64,000 nt of DNA from contig CANFPU010000005.1 in NCBI GenBank assembly GCA_947448955.1, positions 5,224 to 69,223 on the forward strand, in the 5' to 3' direction. This document shows positions 36,896 through 45,979 of the stretch, piece after piece. Made by a program: the position numbers and the translations under genes. Source of the stretch: Burkholderiales bacterium. GTDB lineage: Bacteria > Pseudomonadota > Gammaproteobacteria > Burkholderiales > Burkholderiaceae_C. The notes under the pieces are model-generated. The model did not search any database. It was not told the DNA's origin and saw nothing but the letters and a program-made list of their open reading frames with translations. Positions within the stretch are counted from its first letter, which is position 1. Each line of letters starts with the position of its first letter.

Positions 36896-39164
36896 AATTG
36901 CTCCCAATACCAAACTGATAACTCATGCTGGCTTCATAGGCGCCAGCATGCGAAAATATTAAAAAATCGCCCTCGCGAGTTTCTGCTGGCAACAAAATTC
37001 CATTTGCCAGAATATCGTGCTCCATGCAAACCCGCCCGAGAATTCTGCCAACACCGCTCGTCAATTTCGTCAGATTGCCGCCCGGGGTCATGTGGTAAAC
37101 ATTGCGAGCAAAGTCGACGGCCAACGGAAGTTCGGCAAGACAAGCATCCGCGACGACCTCATGGACATGACCCTCACCGCGTCTTTCGAGCACTCTTGAC
37201 ACCAAAACTTGCGACTGCTCACAAATAGCCTTGCCGGGTTCGACGATGACCTCTTTGATATGGCTCAAGACATTTTTGATGTCGCCCAACAATGGGTCCA
37301 AAAGGTCGGCGACAAAGGGCGCAAAACTCTCACTGGTCCAGCCGCCCCCGATGTCGCAGATCTCAATCTTGCGCTCACAGATACTCTCAAGCGTTTTGGC
37401 TTGCTCCAAAAACGCCTGAGTTTGTTTGAGCCAAGATTTTTGTCCGGTGACACTGCTCTGATGATGTTGGTGGACACCAAAGCCCACCCCGGCTGGCAAA
37501 TGCTCACGAACAGCAGCAGCGATGACTTTGAATTGCTCCAAAGATTCCAGTTGGAGGCCGAATCTGGAGTTCACATCAAACGGTCGCAAGCGCAAACCGA
37601 TGTTCTTCGCGACCAGCGGCCTAAGCTTGCAAAGGCGCACGAATGACTCGAGACTGTCGGCGAATACGATATGAATGGCTTGCCCTTCGAGATGTTTTTC
37701 CACCAACGGTACCGGTCCGTTGTAGACCATGTCCTCGAACTTAAACCCGACCTCGCGCGCCCAGAGTAATTCCTCCATGCTGATCCCTTCGGCTCGGAAG
37801 CCAGCCTTGAGCGCCGCCTCCATCAAGCGCCGATCGGGATTGGTCTTGATACTGTAGGCTGGACTCAGGCGCACCGGTCGGCGCCCCGCCGCCAGCTTTT
37901 TCATCAACTTGAATGGCGCATCAACGGTATCGGCCAAGAAAAGCCGATTTGGCGTCCGGAAAGCCGACGGCTCATTTTTCAGTACAGATTCCTTGAGTAT
38001 CTTTGGCAGATACTTCTGCTCATGCTCAGTCAATTCTTCACTGAGCTTGAATCTCGCGCCAGAAGTCGCCGTCGGTGACATCCGCTGCATCAATTGGGGC
38101 AGACCGCCCGGGCTAGAGCTGGAGAGCTTGCCCGAGACCGCACCGCGCTTGGTTTCCCTGAAAGTGGGTGGCGCCGGCAACTGCATCTGGTTGAGCACCG
38201 GAATCTCAAGAACCAAGCGCGTGAACTGTCGACTAGAGGAGGTTGCCGGCGCCGCCGCGATGCCGGAAGCCGCTTCGATCAATAGCCCTGGGAGATTGAT
38301 GCCGGCCAAAGTAGCACCGTGAATCCAAGCCGGGAAGCGGTAGTTCAAATCAATGAACCACAATTGCCCAGCCTCGTCCCGTACAAACTCCAACTCGCCG
38401 CCACCTGTCCAGTTCAGTTGCTGGGTGAAATTTTCTATGGCTTCAAACAAATCAGCTGGACATTCGGTCACATCACCGGCCCAGCATTTACCCTCTGCTG
38501 TGATTTGCCGCTTCTCCATGAAAGCCGCACCGAGCAGTTTCCCTTGATGCGCAGCAAACGCCACGGTGACGTCAAGTCCAGAAATTTCACGCTGCAGAAA
38601 AAAACTCTCTCGACCCCAAGTGGTCAAGAGTTCAGCCCAGGTGGCCTGGAAATGCGGCCAGTTATAAACTCGACGCGCGTCCATGACCGGGCCTTTCAGC
38701 CACACTTTCCAGCCATGGCTGACCGCAAAATTGTAGATATCCCGAGGATCGGTGCTCAGGTCGATGAATTCTGGCACTTTGGCCGGCAAAATTTCAGAAA
38801 CCTTCTCGAACGGCTTGACCGTGCGGTCAAACGTCTCGGCAGAAGGAACCAACACCGACTGGATGGCGGCATTTGCCAACCAGCGAGCCTCCAGATCCGA
38901 TGCCGGCAGAAAATACCCGCCCGACGTTTCAAGCCGGTGCCGAATCTGTTCTAGATGCAAGGGCAGATCGAGGTCGCTCCAGGGTCGCGTGATCCAGACC
39001 TCGTCGAAATATTCGCTGTGCAGTCCGCTCGAGAAAGCCGATTGATCCTTGCCGATCAAGAAACAGTCAGGATAGGCGGCTTTGATTGAGCGAGCAATGC
39101 CGATGCCGGGTGCGGGATTGACACCGGTATGGCACGAAGAGATGGTTATATGGAGAGGCTTCAT
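36879..39164 (-). CDS. ATP-grasp ligase fused to a fold-III (group IV) PLP-dependent decarboxylase
   Basis: N-half: VWLKG, FLQREISG, WTGGGELEF, FIDLNYRFPAW. C-half: AYSIKTN (PLP Lys), DS, RFG, HxH, DIGGG, EPGK, GRVCMEHD, AGAY. Confidence 0.85.
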   Translation of the reverse strand: MKPLHITISSCHTGVNPAPGIGIARSIKAAYPDCFLIGKDQSAFSSGLHSEYFDEVWITRPWSDLDLPLHLEQIRHRLETSGGYFLPASDLEARWLANAAIQSVLVPSAETFDRTVKPFEKVSEILPAKVPEFIDLSTDPRDIYNFAVSHGWKVWLKGPVMDARRVYNWPHFQATWAELLTTWGRESFFLQREISGLDVTVAFAAHQGKLLGAAFMEKRQITAEGKCWAGDVTECPADLFEAIENFTQQLNWTGGGELEFVRDEAGQLWFIDLNYRFPAWIHGATLAGINLPGLLIEAASGIAAAPATSSSRQFTRLVLEIPVLNQMQLPAPPTFRETKRGAVSGKLSSSSPGGLPQLMQRMSPTATSGARFKLSEELTEHEQKYLPKILKESVLKNEPSAFRTPNRLFLADTVDAPFKLMKKLAAGRRPVRLSPAYSIKTNPDRRLMEAALKAGFRAEGISMEELLWAREVGFKFEDMVYNGPVPLVEKHLEGQAIHIVFADSLESFVRLCKLRPLVAKNIGLRLRPFDVNSRFGLQLESLEQFKVIAAAVREHLPAGVGFGVHQHHQSSVTGQKSWLKQTQAFLEQAKTLESICERKIEICDIGGGWTSESFAPFVADLLDPLLGDIKNVLSHIKEVIVEPGKAICEQSQVLVSRVLERRGEGHVHEVVADACLAELPLAVDFARNVYHMTPGGNLTKLTSGVGRILGRVCMEHDILANGILLPAETREGDFLIFSHAGAYEASMSYQFGIGSNYERQA

Positions 39165-39252
39165 ACTATCTTGAAAGTTTCTTGCTGTTGGATGACGGCG
39201 CCTGGATCGGACGCGTCCGCCGCTTGGTATCAACATTGCTCAGTGGGGTGAT

Positions 39253-41529
39253 TCATTGGTGCATTTTCAAATAGTCATCCAGTTCTCCGCGCAGTCTCGG
39301 ATTTCTGTCGACCAACGTCGTGAAATGGGTGCGATTCAGGTTCAAACGCAATTTTATATATTCATCCAGCTCTTTGAGCAGGTCCGGATTGTTCTCGACC
39401 AACGTCATAAAATGAGATCGATCCAGGCTCAGGCAGGTCGATTTCTTGCGGGCTCGGACGGTGGCACTGCGGGGCACATGCTTGATGACCGCGATCTCGC
39501 CGAAATGGTCGCCTTCGTCGAGGATCGCAATCCTGCTCTCATGGCCTTCTGAATCTATTCTCAACACATCCAGACTACCGCGGAAAATAATATAAAACTT
39601 TTCACTCAGGTCACCTTGCTGCATCAACACAGCGCCGGCCTCGAATTCTTCCAAGAGGAAATCTGAAGCAATGCTAGCGAGTTGGTTTAAGTTGACTTTC
39701 GAAAAGATCGGGATTGCTTTCAATCTTTCAGGGGTGACCCGGACCGAGCCGTCCGCGGCAGTTAACAGGCCGGTCTGCTTGTCCCACATCTGGCTGTAGA
39801 GCCCGCGCCTGTCGAGTAGTTCGTAGTGATTGCCCTGCTCAGCAATCTGCCCTTGGTCGAGCACGAATATCTTGTCAAAGCGTTGCACCGAGTTGAGCCG
39901 GTGCGTGACCATGATGACCGTTCGGCCATGGGCGAGTTGCTCGATCGAGCGGTTGATCGATGCTTCAGTGCTTGGGTCCAAGGCCGAGGTCGGCTCATCA
40001 AGCAGCAGCATCGAAGGGTTTCTGATGAGCGCACGGGCAATCGCAATGCGCTGACGCTGCCCTCCGGACAAAAACCCGCCATATTCACCGACGAGCGTGC
40101 TGTAACCATAAGGCAAGGCACAGATGAAATCGTGGATCTCGGCCTTGCGGGCGGCGGCCTCAACCTCCTCTTGGGTGGCGTCGAGCTTGCCGACACGAAT
40201 ATTCTCGCCAATACTGGCGTTGATCAAGTAGGCGTCTTGCATCACCACACCCATTTGCCCACGCAGCGACGCTTGTGTCGCGTCTCGAATATCAGTGCCA
40301 TCGATCGTCACCGTCCCCAAGGACGGATCAAAAAATCGCATGATCAAATTGAGCATCGTGCTCTTGCCCGAGCCGCTGCCGCCGACCAAGGCTACCGAAG
40401 TACCGGCTTGGATCGAGCAAGTCAGGTCCTTCAGAATCGTATGTTCTTGGGTATAGCCAAAGACGACATTTTGAAAACGGATTTCCGAGCTGAAGACCGG
40501 CAGTGCGATGGCATCCGGGCGGTCGACTACTTCAATCTCAGCCGTGATCAAATCGTTGATCCGCTTGACCTTCTGCGATGCCGCCATGAAGACTGCATAC
40601 AGACTTGAAGCGGAACTGGCCCCTGCTGCCACACTGCCCAACAGACCAATGCAACCGAAAAAGGAACCGATCGACAAACTACCATTGATGACCAACGCGG
40701 CGCCAGCACCCACAATGGTCACCAGAATGACATTGACGCCATAAAGCGAAGACAGTGGTATCAGGCTGGCATAAAAACCAAAATCTGTGGACGCCTTCAT
40801 CAAGTTGTTGTTGCTGATCGCGAACTTGCGAATGCTTTCCTGTTCAGTGCCCAAGGCGCGAATGATGGGACGCGAATGCAAAGATTCCTGCAGCACACCC
40901 AGCATGCCCGATTCAAAACCTATTTTCTGGTAAATGAGGCCATCCACCCGCGGCCCCAATAGCTTGCCACCAATAAAACTCAATGGCACCAGAATGGCAG
41001 CAACGATCGCGATGCGCCAATCGACAATCGCAATCGTCAGCAAGCACCCAAAAACAACCAAGACGCATTCGATCAATGCTGGCAAAGCCCTGACGTAAGC
41101 GGCTTCGATGGCAGCGAATTCAAGCGAGAAGCGCGACAGCAAGTCAGACGAATCCACCTTCATGAAAAAGCTCGATGAAAGCCTGTTGAGCTGCTCAAAC
41201 ATACTGGCTCGTAGGTCTCTCATGACCTTGCTTCCGACGTCTGAAGCCAGCTTGGCTTGGGTCAAAGCAGCCAGACCGCAGACGACGAATAGCACCAGCA
41301 AGCCAACCATTATTTTGACCAGTAAACCAATATTCTTGAACGGTATGACCGTGTCAAAAATCGTCCTAAATGCCAAAGGATAGGTCACATACAGGCCGAC
41401 TTGCAATAATATACAAATCCCAATGACAAGGCAGCTCAGAAAATATGGTTTCAGCAGAACGCCGAACCAAACCAGCAGACCAGTAAGTCCGCTCGGATCA
41501 ATCGGTTTAGCAAGATTTTTTGACTGCAT
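39253..41529 (-). CDS. ABC exporter (TMD + NBD) with C-terminal cyclic-nucleotide-binding domain
   Basis: About six TM helices; GGSGSGKST, LSGGQRQR, LLLDEPTSALD, VTHRL; then FYII.RG.L.V and GDHFGEIA...PRSATVRA; AGGAG RBS. Confidence 0.9.
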   Translation of the reverse strand: MQSKNLAKPIDPSGLTGLLVWFGVLLKPYFLSCLVIGICILLQVGLYVTYPLAFRTIFDTVIPFKNIGLLVKIMVGLLVLFVVCGLAALTQAKLASDVGSKVMRDLRASMFEQLNRLSSSFFMKVDSSDLLSRFSLEFAAIEAAYVRALPALIECVLVVFGCLLTIAIVDWRIAIVAAILVPLSFIGGKLLGPRVDGLIYQKIGFESGMLGVLQESLHSRPIIRALGTEQESIRKFAISNNNLMKASTDFGFYASLIPLSSLYGVNVILVTIVGAGAALVINGSLSIGSFFGCIGLLGSVAAGASSASSLYAVFMAASQKVKRINDLITAEIEVVDRPDAIALPVFSSEIRFQNVVFGYTQEHTILKDLTCSIQAGTSVALVGGSGSGKSTMLNLIMRFFDPSLGTVTIDGTDIRDATQASLRGQMGVVMQDAYLINASIGENIRVGKLDATQEEVEAAARKAEIHDFICALPYGYSTLVGEYGGFLSGGQRQRIAIARALIRNPSMLLLDEPTSALDPSTEASINRSIEQLAHGRTVIMVTHRLNSVQRFDKIFVLDQGQIAEQGNHYELLDRRGLYSQMWDKQTGLLTAADGSVRVTPERLKAIPIFSKVNLNQLASIASDFLLEEFEAGAVLMQQGDLSEKFYIIFRGSLDVLRIDSEGHESRIAILDEGDHFGEIAVIKHVPRSATVRARKKSTCLSLDRSHFMTLVENNPDLLKELDEYIKLRLNLNRTHFTTLVDRNPRLRGELDDYLKMHQ

Positions 41530-41822
41530 ACTGAATTCGCTCCTGAATTCCACTCAAACCTCAAAGCCTGCTCAATCTCGATCGGCAACAGGCAAAACAG
41601 GCATAACGGATAAAATAACCGAACCGTCAAGCTAGGACCGGGCTCCAGCAATACCGAAGGGGCAAGCCCCGCGGTCTGCGCCCGCCTGCGCTGCCGCAAC
41701 GTTTTTGCTGCTGTGATCGGATCGGACGAACCGATAGGCTCGCGCGAGCTTGAAACAGTGGGCCCGCGGTTCACACAGCCGACGCATCTTAGCGGCGCCA
41801 TTCGATCCAAGCTTGCTGAACC

Positions 41823-41840
41823 TTGCATTTTTTCATGCAA
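41823..41840. promoter_or_regulatory. Perfect inverted repeat TTGCAT-N6-ATGCAA, candidate regulator site
   Basis: ttgcat tttttc atgcaa, about 300 nt upstream of the ABC exporter start. Confidence 0.3.
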
Positions 41841-42474
41841 CTGCGTTTAGCGATTGAAGCCCCAGAGAAGCGGCTAGCCTCGGGACGAGGCGCTTGCGCC
41901 AAGCGTCAACCGTCAGATCGACCAGATCTACTTTTTTTCAATAAAAACAATTGCTTGCAAATTATTTATACCAATCCGCTTTAGCCTTGGGCAAAGGGCT
42001 TGGAAGGGCTGAGGCCGGCTGGGCCAGCCTTCGGCAGGCTCTCGTCCGGGCTTAGGCAACCCAATCCGGCCGCGCCGACCCACGCCGTTCGCAGCAGCAC
42101 CAAGCGACGGGCATGGTTCGGCTAGCCACCAAAGCGCGGCATGGCACCGCCCGACGCTGTTGAGCTCGCAGGTTTTGAAAAGACGGCTATTCATCTGGCC
42201 TGAGGTCGTGGCCTCTGAATCCAAAATGGACCGCGATGAATAATTTGATCGCTTCGGTAACTTTTGAAGTTGATCGACAGAGACACCACGGGGCGACAAG
42301 TCCACGGTATGGCATGAATCCTTCAAGCCTTGCTGAAGGCGCTTCAAGCCAAAGGACCGGCGGACCGCAGGGTTGGATGGACCTCCACGAAGGTGGCAGT
42401 CATCGGTGCCCGCAGATGCATTGCCTGGGCCACGTGCAAAATTTGCCAACTGCTCGCTCGACGTACTCAAGTCC

Positions 42475-43458
42475 ATGAAAATCTTCGATGCTGCGGCGAC
42501 CCGGGCCGAGTTGCCTTTCGACCGCTTGATTCCTGCACTGCGCGAAATGTTTGCCAGCGGCTGCGAGGTACCGATTCGCCACCTGCACCAGATCGCCGGC
42601 GGCGATCGAGGTCCGGTCACCTCGCTGTTGATGCCTGCTTGGCTGCCGGGCCGCTACTACGGTGTCAAGATCGTCAATATCGCCCCTGCCAACGCGGCCC
42701 GCGGCCTGCCCGGCCTGCATTCAAGTTACCTGCTGTTCAATGCCACGACCGGGGCGCCGATCGCGATGGTCGACGGCGACGAGATCACCTGGAGACGGAC
42801 GGCTGCCGCCTCAGCGCTCGCGGCGTCGTGGTTGGCACGCGAGGACGCGAGCGAACTGCTGGTGGTCGGCGCCGGCCGGGTCGCCAGGCTGCTACCCGCC
42901 GCCTACCGAGTCGTACGCCCGATCGCAAGAGTGCGGGTCTGGGCCCGTGTGCCCGCAAAGGCCGAGGCCCTGGTCCGGCAGTGGCGCGACCAAGGTTTCG
43001 ACGCGCGCAGCGCCGGCGATCTGGACGCGGCGATGGCTGCGGCTGACATCGTCAGCTGCGCGACCTTGGCCACGGAGCCCTTGCTGCGCGGGCGCAGCCT
43101 GCGCGAAGGAACCCATCTCGACCTGATTGGCAGCTTCACGCCGACGATGCGCGAGGCCGACGATGCTTGTTTGGCCGGCGCAGCACTCTATGTCGACACC
43201 GATGAGGCGCTGACCAAGAGCGGTGACCTGATCGGGCCCATGCTGCGCGGTGTGATCACGCCAGCCAGCGTGCGCGGAACACTCACCAGCCTGGCGCGAG
43301 GTGAAGCACCCGGTCGGCTCAGCCCGGACGAGCGCAGCGTGTTCAAGTCGGTCGGCACGGCGCTCGAAGACTTGGCCGCAGCGATGCTCGTGCTCAAACT
43401 AGGCGCTGACAACAGCTGCACCGCAAGCTCGCCAATCTTCAGGACAGGCGCTCGGTAA
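42475..43458 (+). CDS. Ornithine cyclodeaminase / mu-crystallin family protein
   Basis: LLMPAW, GVKIVN, RTAAASALA, VVGAGRVA, HLDLIGSF, FKSVGTALEDL. Confidence 0.92.
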   Translation: MKIFDAAATRAELPFDRLIPALREMFASGCEVPIRHLHQIAGGDRGPVTSLLMPAWLPGRYYGVKIVNIAPANAARGLPGLHSSYLLFNATTGAPIAMVDGDEITWRRTAAASALAASWLAREDASELLVVGAGRVARLLPAAYRVVRPIARVRVWARVPAKAEALVRQWRDQGFDARSAGDLDAAMAAADIVSCATLATEPLLRGRSLREGTHLDLIGSFTPTMREADDACLAGAALYVDTDEALTKSGDLIGPMLRGVITPASVRGTLTSLARGEAPGRLSPDERSVFKSVGTALEDLAAAMLVLKLGADNSCTASSPIFRTGAR

Positions 43459-43559
43459 CGCTGGACCAGCTGGGCGCTGCCAAGAAGCCACCCTTGCAAA
43501 TTCACGGTCTTGTCAACTGCGCGCCAGGTTTCGGACCCGAACCCACGCTACATTGCCGC

Positions 43560-44561
43560 ATGAACACCCGTATCGTGCTGACAAAACGCCCCGCTGGCTG
43601 GGTCGATGAATCCTGCTTCGCGGTCGAGGACTGCGCCGAGCCGGTCTGCGGTCCCGGCGATGTGCTGCTCGAGTCGATCTACCTGTCGACCGACCCGTAC
43701 TTGCGTGGCCGAATGAATGCCGGGCCTTCGTATGCGCCAGGCTTCGAGATCGGCCGCGCGATCGTCTCGCGCGTTGTCGCCCGGGTGATTGGTTCGAACA
43801 ACAGCCGATTCCAGCCCGGTGAGATTGTCTGGGGCTTCCTCGACTGGGCGCTGCGCAGCGTCGCACCGCGCGGCGAAGGCCTGCACAAGATCGATCCTTC
43901 GCTGGGACGGATCAGCCACTCGCTGTCGGTGCTGGGCATGCCCGGGCTGACGGCCTGGGTCGGCGCCATCGAAATCGGCAAGCCTGCGCCAGGCGACACC
44001 GCCTACATCTCATCGGCCGCTGGCGCGGTCGGTCAACTCGCAGGGCAATTCGCCAAGCGCGCCGGCGCACGCGTCGTCGGCTCGGCCGGCAGCGACGACA
44101 AGGTGGCGTTTCTGCTCGAGCACTGCGGCTTCGATGCAGCCTTCAACTACAAGACCCTGGCCATTGACCGGGGCTTGCGCGAGCATTGCCCGCAAGGCAT
44201 CGACCTCTATTTCGACAACGTCGGCGGCGCCACACTCGAAGCCGCGCTGCGCCATGCCAATGTCGCCGCCAGGTTCCCGGTCTGCGGCATGATCTCGGCC
44301 TACAACGAGGTCGGCGATGCCGGCATCAAAGGTCTGCAAGCGCTGCTGACCAAGCGGATCGCGATGACCGGCTTCATCATCTATGACCATGTGCACAAGC
44401 TCGCCGCCTACCAGGCACGCGTCGCACCCTGGCTGCGCAGCGGCGAGCTCGTCTTCCACGAAGACATCGTGCCGGGCATTGAACGCGCACCGGCAGCGCT
44501 GATCGGCATGATGAAGGGCGAAGCGATCGGCAAACGCTTGGTGCAAGTCGGCGCCGAATAG
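43560..44561 (+). CDS. NADP-dependent oxidoreductase (prostaglandin reductase/CurA-like MDR)
   Basis: YLSTDPYLRGRM, LGMPGLTAW, SSAAGAVG, AFNYK, GIDLYFDNVGG, CGMISAYN. Confidence 0.92.
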   Translation: MNTRIVLTKRPAGWVDESCFAVEDCAEPVCGPGDVLLESIYLSTDPYLRGRMNAGPSYAPGFEIGRAIVSRVVARVIGSNNSRFQPGEIVWGFLDWALRSVAPRGEGLHKIDPSLGRISHSLSVLGMPGLTAWVGAIEIGKPAPGDTAYISSAAGAVGQLAGQFAKRAGARVVGSAGSDDKVAFLLEHCGFDAAFNYKTLAIDRGLREHCPQGIDLYFDNVGGATLEAALRHANVAARFPVCGMISAYNEVGDAGIKGLQALLTKRIAMTGFIIYDHVHKLAAYQARVAPWLRSGELVFHEDIVPGIERAPAALIGMMKGEAIGKRLVQVGAE

Positions 44562-44706
44562 ACCCCCGCGAGAACCGCGGAACAAGCCGCTGAGTCGCCA
44601 GGTCCGGCGCGCTCGCGCGTCGCCTACGGCACAAGCTGTGCGCAGCGCGAGGCCGACAATGCGCGGCGGCGTCAGCCAGACAAACCATGGGCAGCTCGGA
44701 GGCAAA

Positions 44707-45348
44707 GTGACAAGGCAAGACATTCAGGCAGTGATCTGGGACTTCGGTGGTGTGATCAGCTCGTCGCCGTTTGAGTCGTTCAGACGCTTTGAGATCGAGC
44801 GAGGGCTGCCGCAGGACTTTCTGCGCGGCGTGAACGCGACCAACCACCATGACAACGCCTGGGCCAAGTTCGAGCGCGCCGACATCGACCTGCAAGGTTT
44901 CGACCAGGCTTTCGCCGACGAATGCGCGGCGCTGGGCCATGTGGTACGGGGCCGCGAGGTGATCGAATTGTTGGGCGGGACGATCCGCCCGTCGATGGTC
45001 GAGGCGCTGCGCCGACTCAAGCCCAAGCTCAAGATCGGACTGATCACCAACAACGTCGCGAGCCCTGGCTCGGTGGGTCTGAACCCGTCGGGCCGAGACG
45101 AGGTGATGGCGATGTTTCACCAGGTGATCGAGAGCTCGAAAGCCGGCGTTCGAAAGCCCGATCCACTGATTTACCGGATGATGTGCGACGCACTGGGCGT
45201 CGCGCCCGAGCGGTCGGTGTTCCTCGACGACCTGGGCGTCAACCTGAAGCCGGCACGCGACATGGGCATGCGAACGATCAAGGTCGGTGACCCCGACCTC
45301 GCGCTGCAACAGCTCGAATCCTTGGTCGGCTTCCCGCTGCGCGGCTGA
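44707..45348 (+). CDS. HAD-IA family hydrolase
   Basis: AVIWDFGGV, LITNN, GVRKPDP, FLDDLGVNL. Confidence 0.9.
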   Translation: MTRQDIQAVIWDFGGVISSSPFESFRRFEIERGLPQDFLRGVNATNHHDNAWAKFERADIDLQGFDQAFADECAALGHVVRGREVIELLGGTIRPSMVEALRRLKPKLKIGLITNNVASPGSVGLNPSGRDEVMAMFHQVIESSKAGVRKPDPLIYRMMCDALGVAPERSVFLDDLGVNLKPARDMGMRTIKVGDPDLALQQLESLVGFPLRG

Positions 45349-45415
45349 GCCCGCGGCCTGCACCCTTAAGCCGCTCCGGGACTGCAGCGGCATCCATCAA
45401 GAAAGCCATCTCCTC

Positions 45416-45937
45416 ATGTCGATTTCACTCTACGACGCCAGCGTGTCGACCTACTTGCAAACACTGGCTGCGGTCAGCAAGTTCCTGGAAAAGGGCCAGT
45501 CCCATTGCCAAGCCCAGGGCCTGGCGACCGCCGATCTGGTCGAGACCCGACTTGCCCCCGACATGCTGCCCCTGCGCTTCCAGATCCAGTCGGTCGCTCA
45601 CCATTCACTGGGCGCGATCGAAGGGATTCGCAGCGGTGTCTTCCGCCCGCCAGCCGACCTGCCAGCGCTCGACTACCCAGGACTTCAGGCGCTGATGGCC
45701 GACACCAGCGCCGCGCTGCACAAGCTGACACCGCAAGAGGTCAACGCGCTGGACGGCGGTGACATGTTCTTCGAGATCCGCGGCACCCGCATGCCTTTCA
45801 CTGCCCAAAGCTTTTTGCTGTCGTTTTCACTGCCCAACTTCTTTTTCCACGCCGCCACCGCCTACGACATCCTGCGGTCCAAAGGTGTCGCACTGGGCAA
45901 GCGCGATTTCCTGGGCGCCCTTCGATTGAAGGCCTGA
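45416..45937 (+). CDS. DUF1993-type DinB-fold protein
   Basis: RLAPDMLPLRFQI, LPNFFFHAATAYDILRSKGV.LGKRDF. Confidence 0.88.
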   Translation: MSISLYDASVSTYLQTLAAVSKFLEKGQSHCQAQGLATADLVETRLAPDMLPLRFQIQSVAHHSLGAIEGIRSGVFRPPADLPALDYPGLQALMADTSAALHKLTPQEVNALDGGDMFFEIRGTRMPFTAQSFLLSFSLPNFFFHAATAYDILRSKGVALGKRDFLGALRLKA

Positions 45938-45979
45938 CCCTGCTGCTCACGCTCAGGTCCTCGCCCGGGGAGTGAGCCG

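Noticed and set aside
36879-39164. Graspetide (microviridin-type) or lasso-peptide RiPP cluster
   Set aside because: No precursor with repeated cores, no RRE/PqqD gene and no asparagine-synthetase-like cyclase in the window; the ATP-grasp is fused to a decarboxylase.
41955-41974. Sigma54 promoter on the minus strand (TGGTAT...TTGCA)
   Set aside because: GG to GC spacing is 12 nt rather than the required 10.
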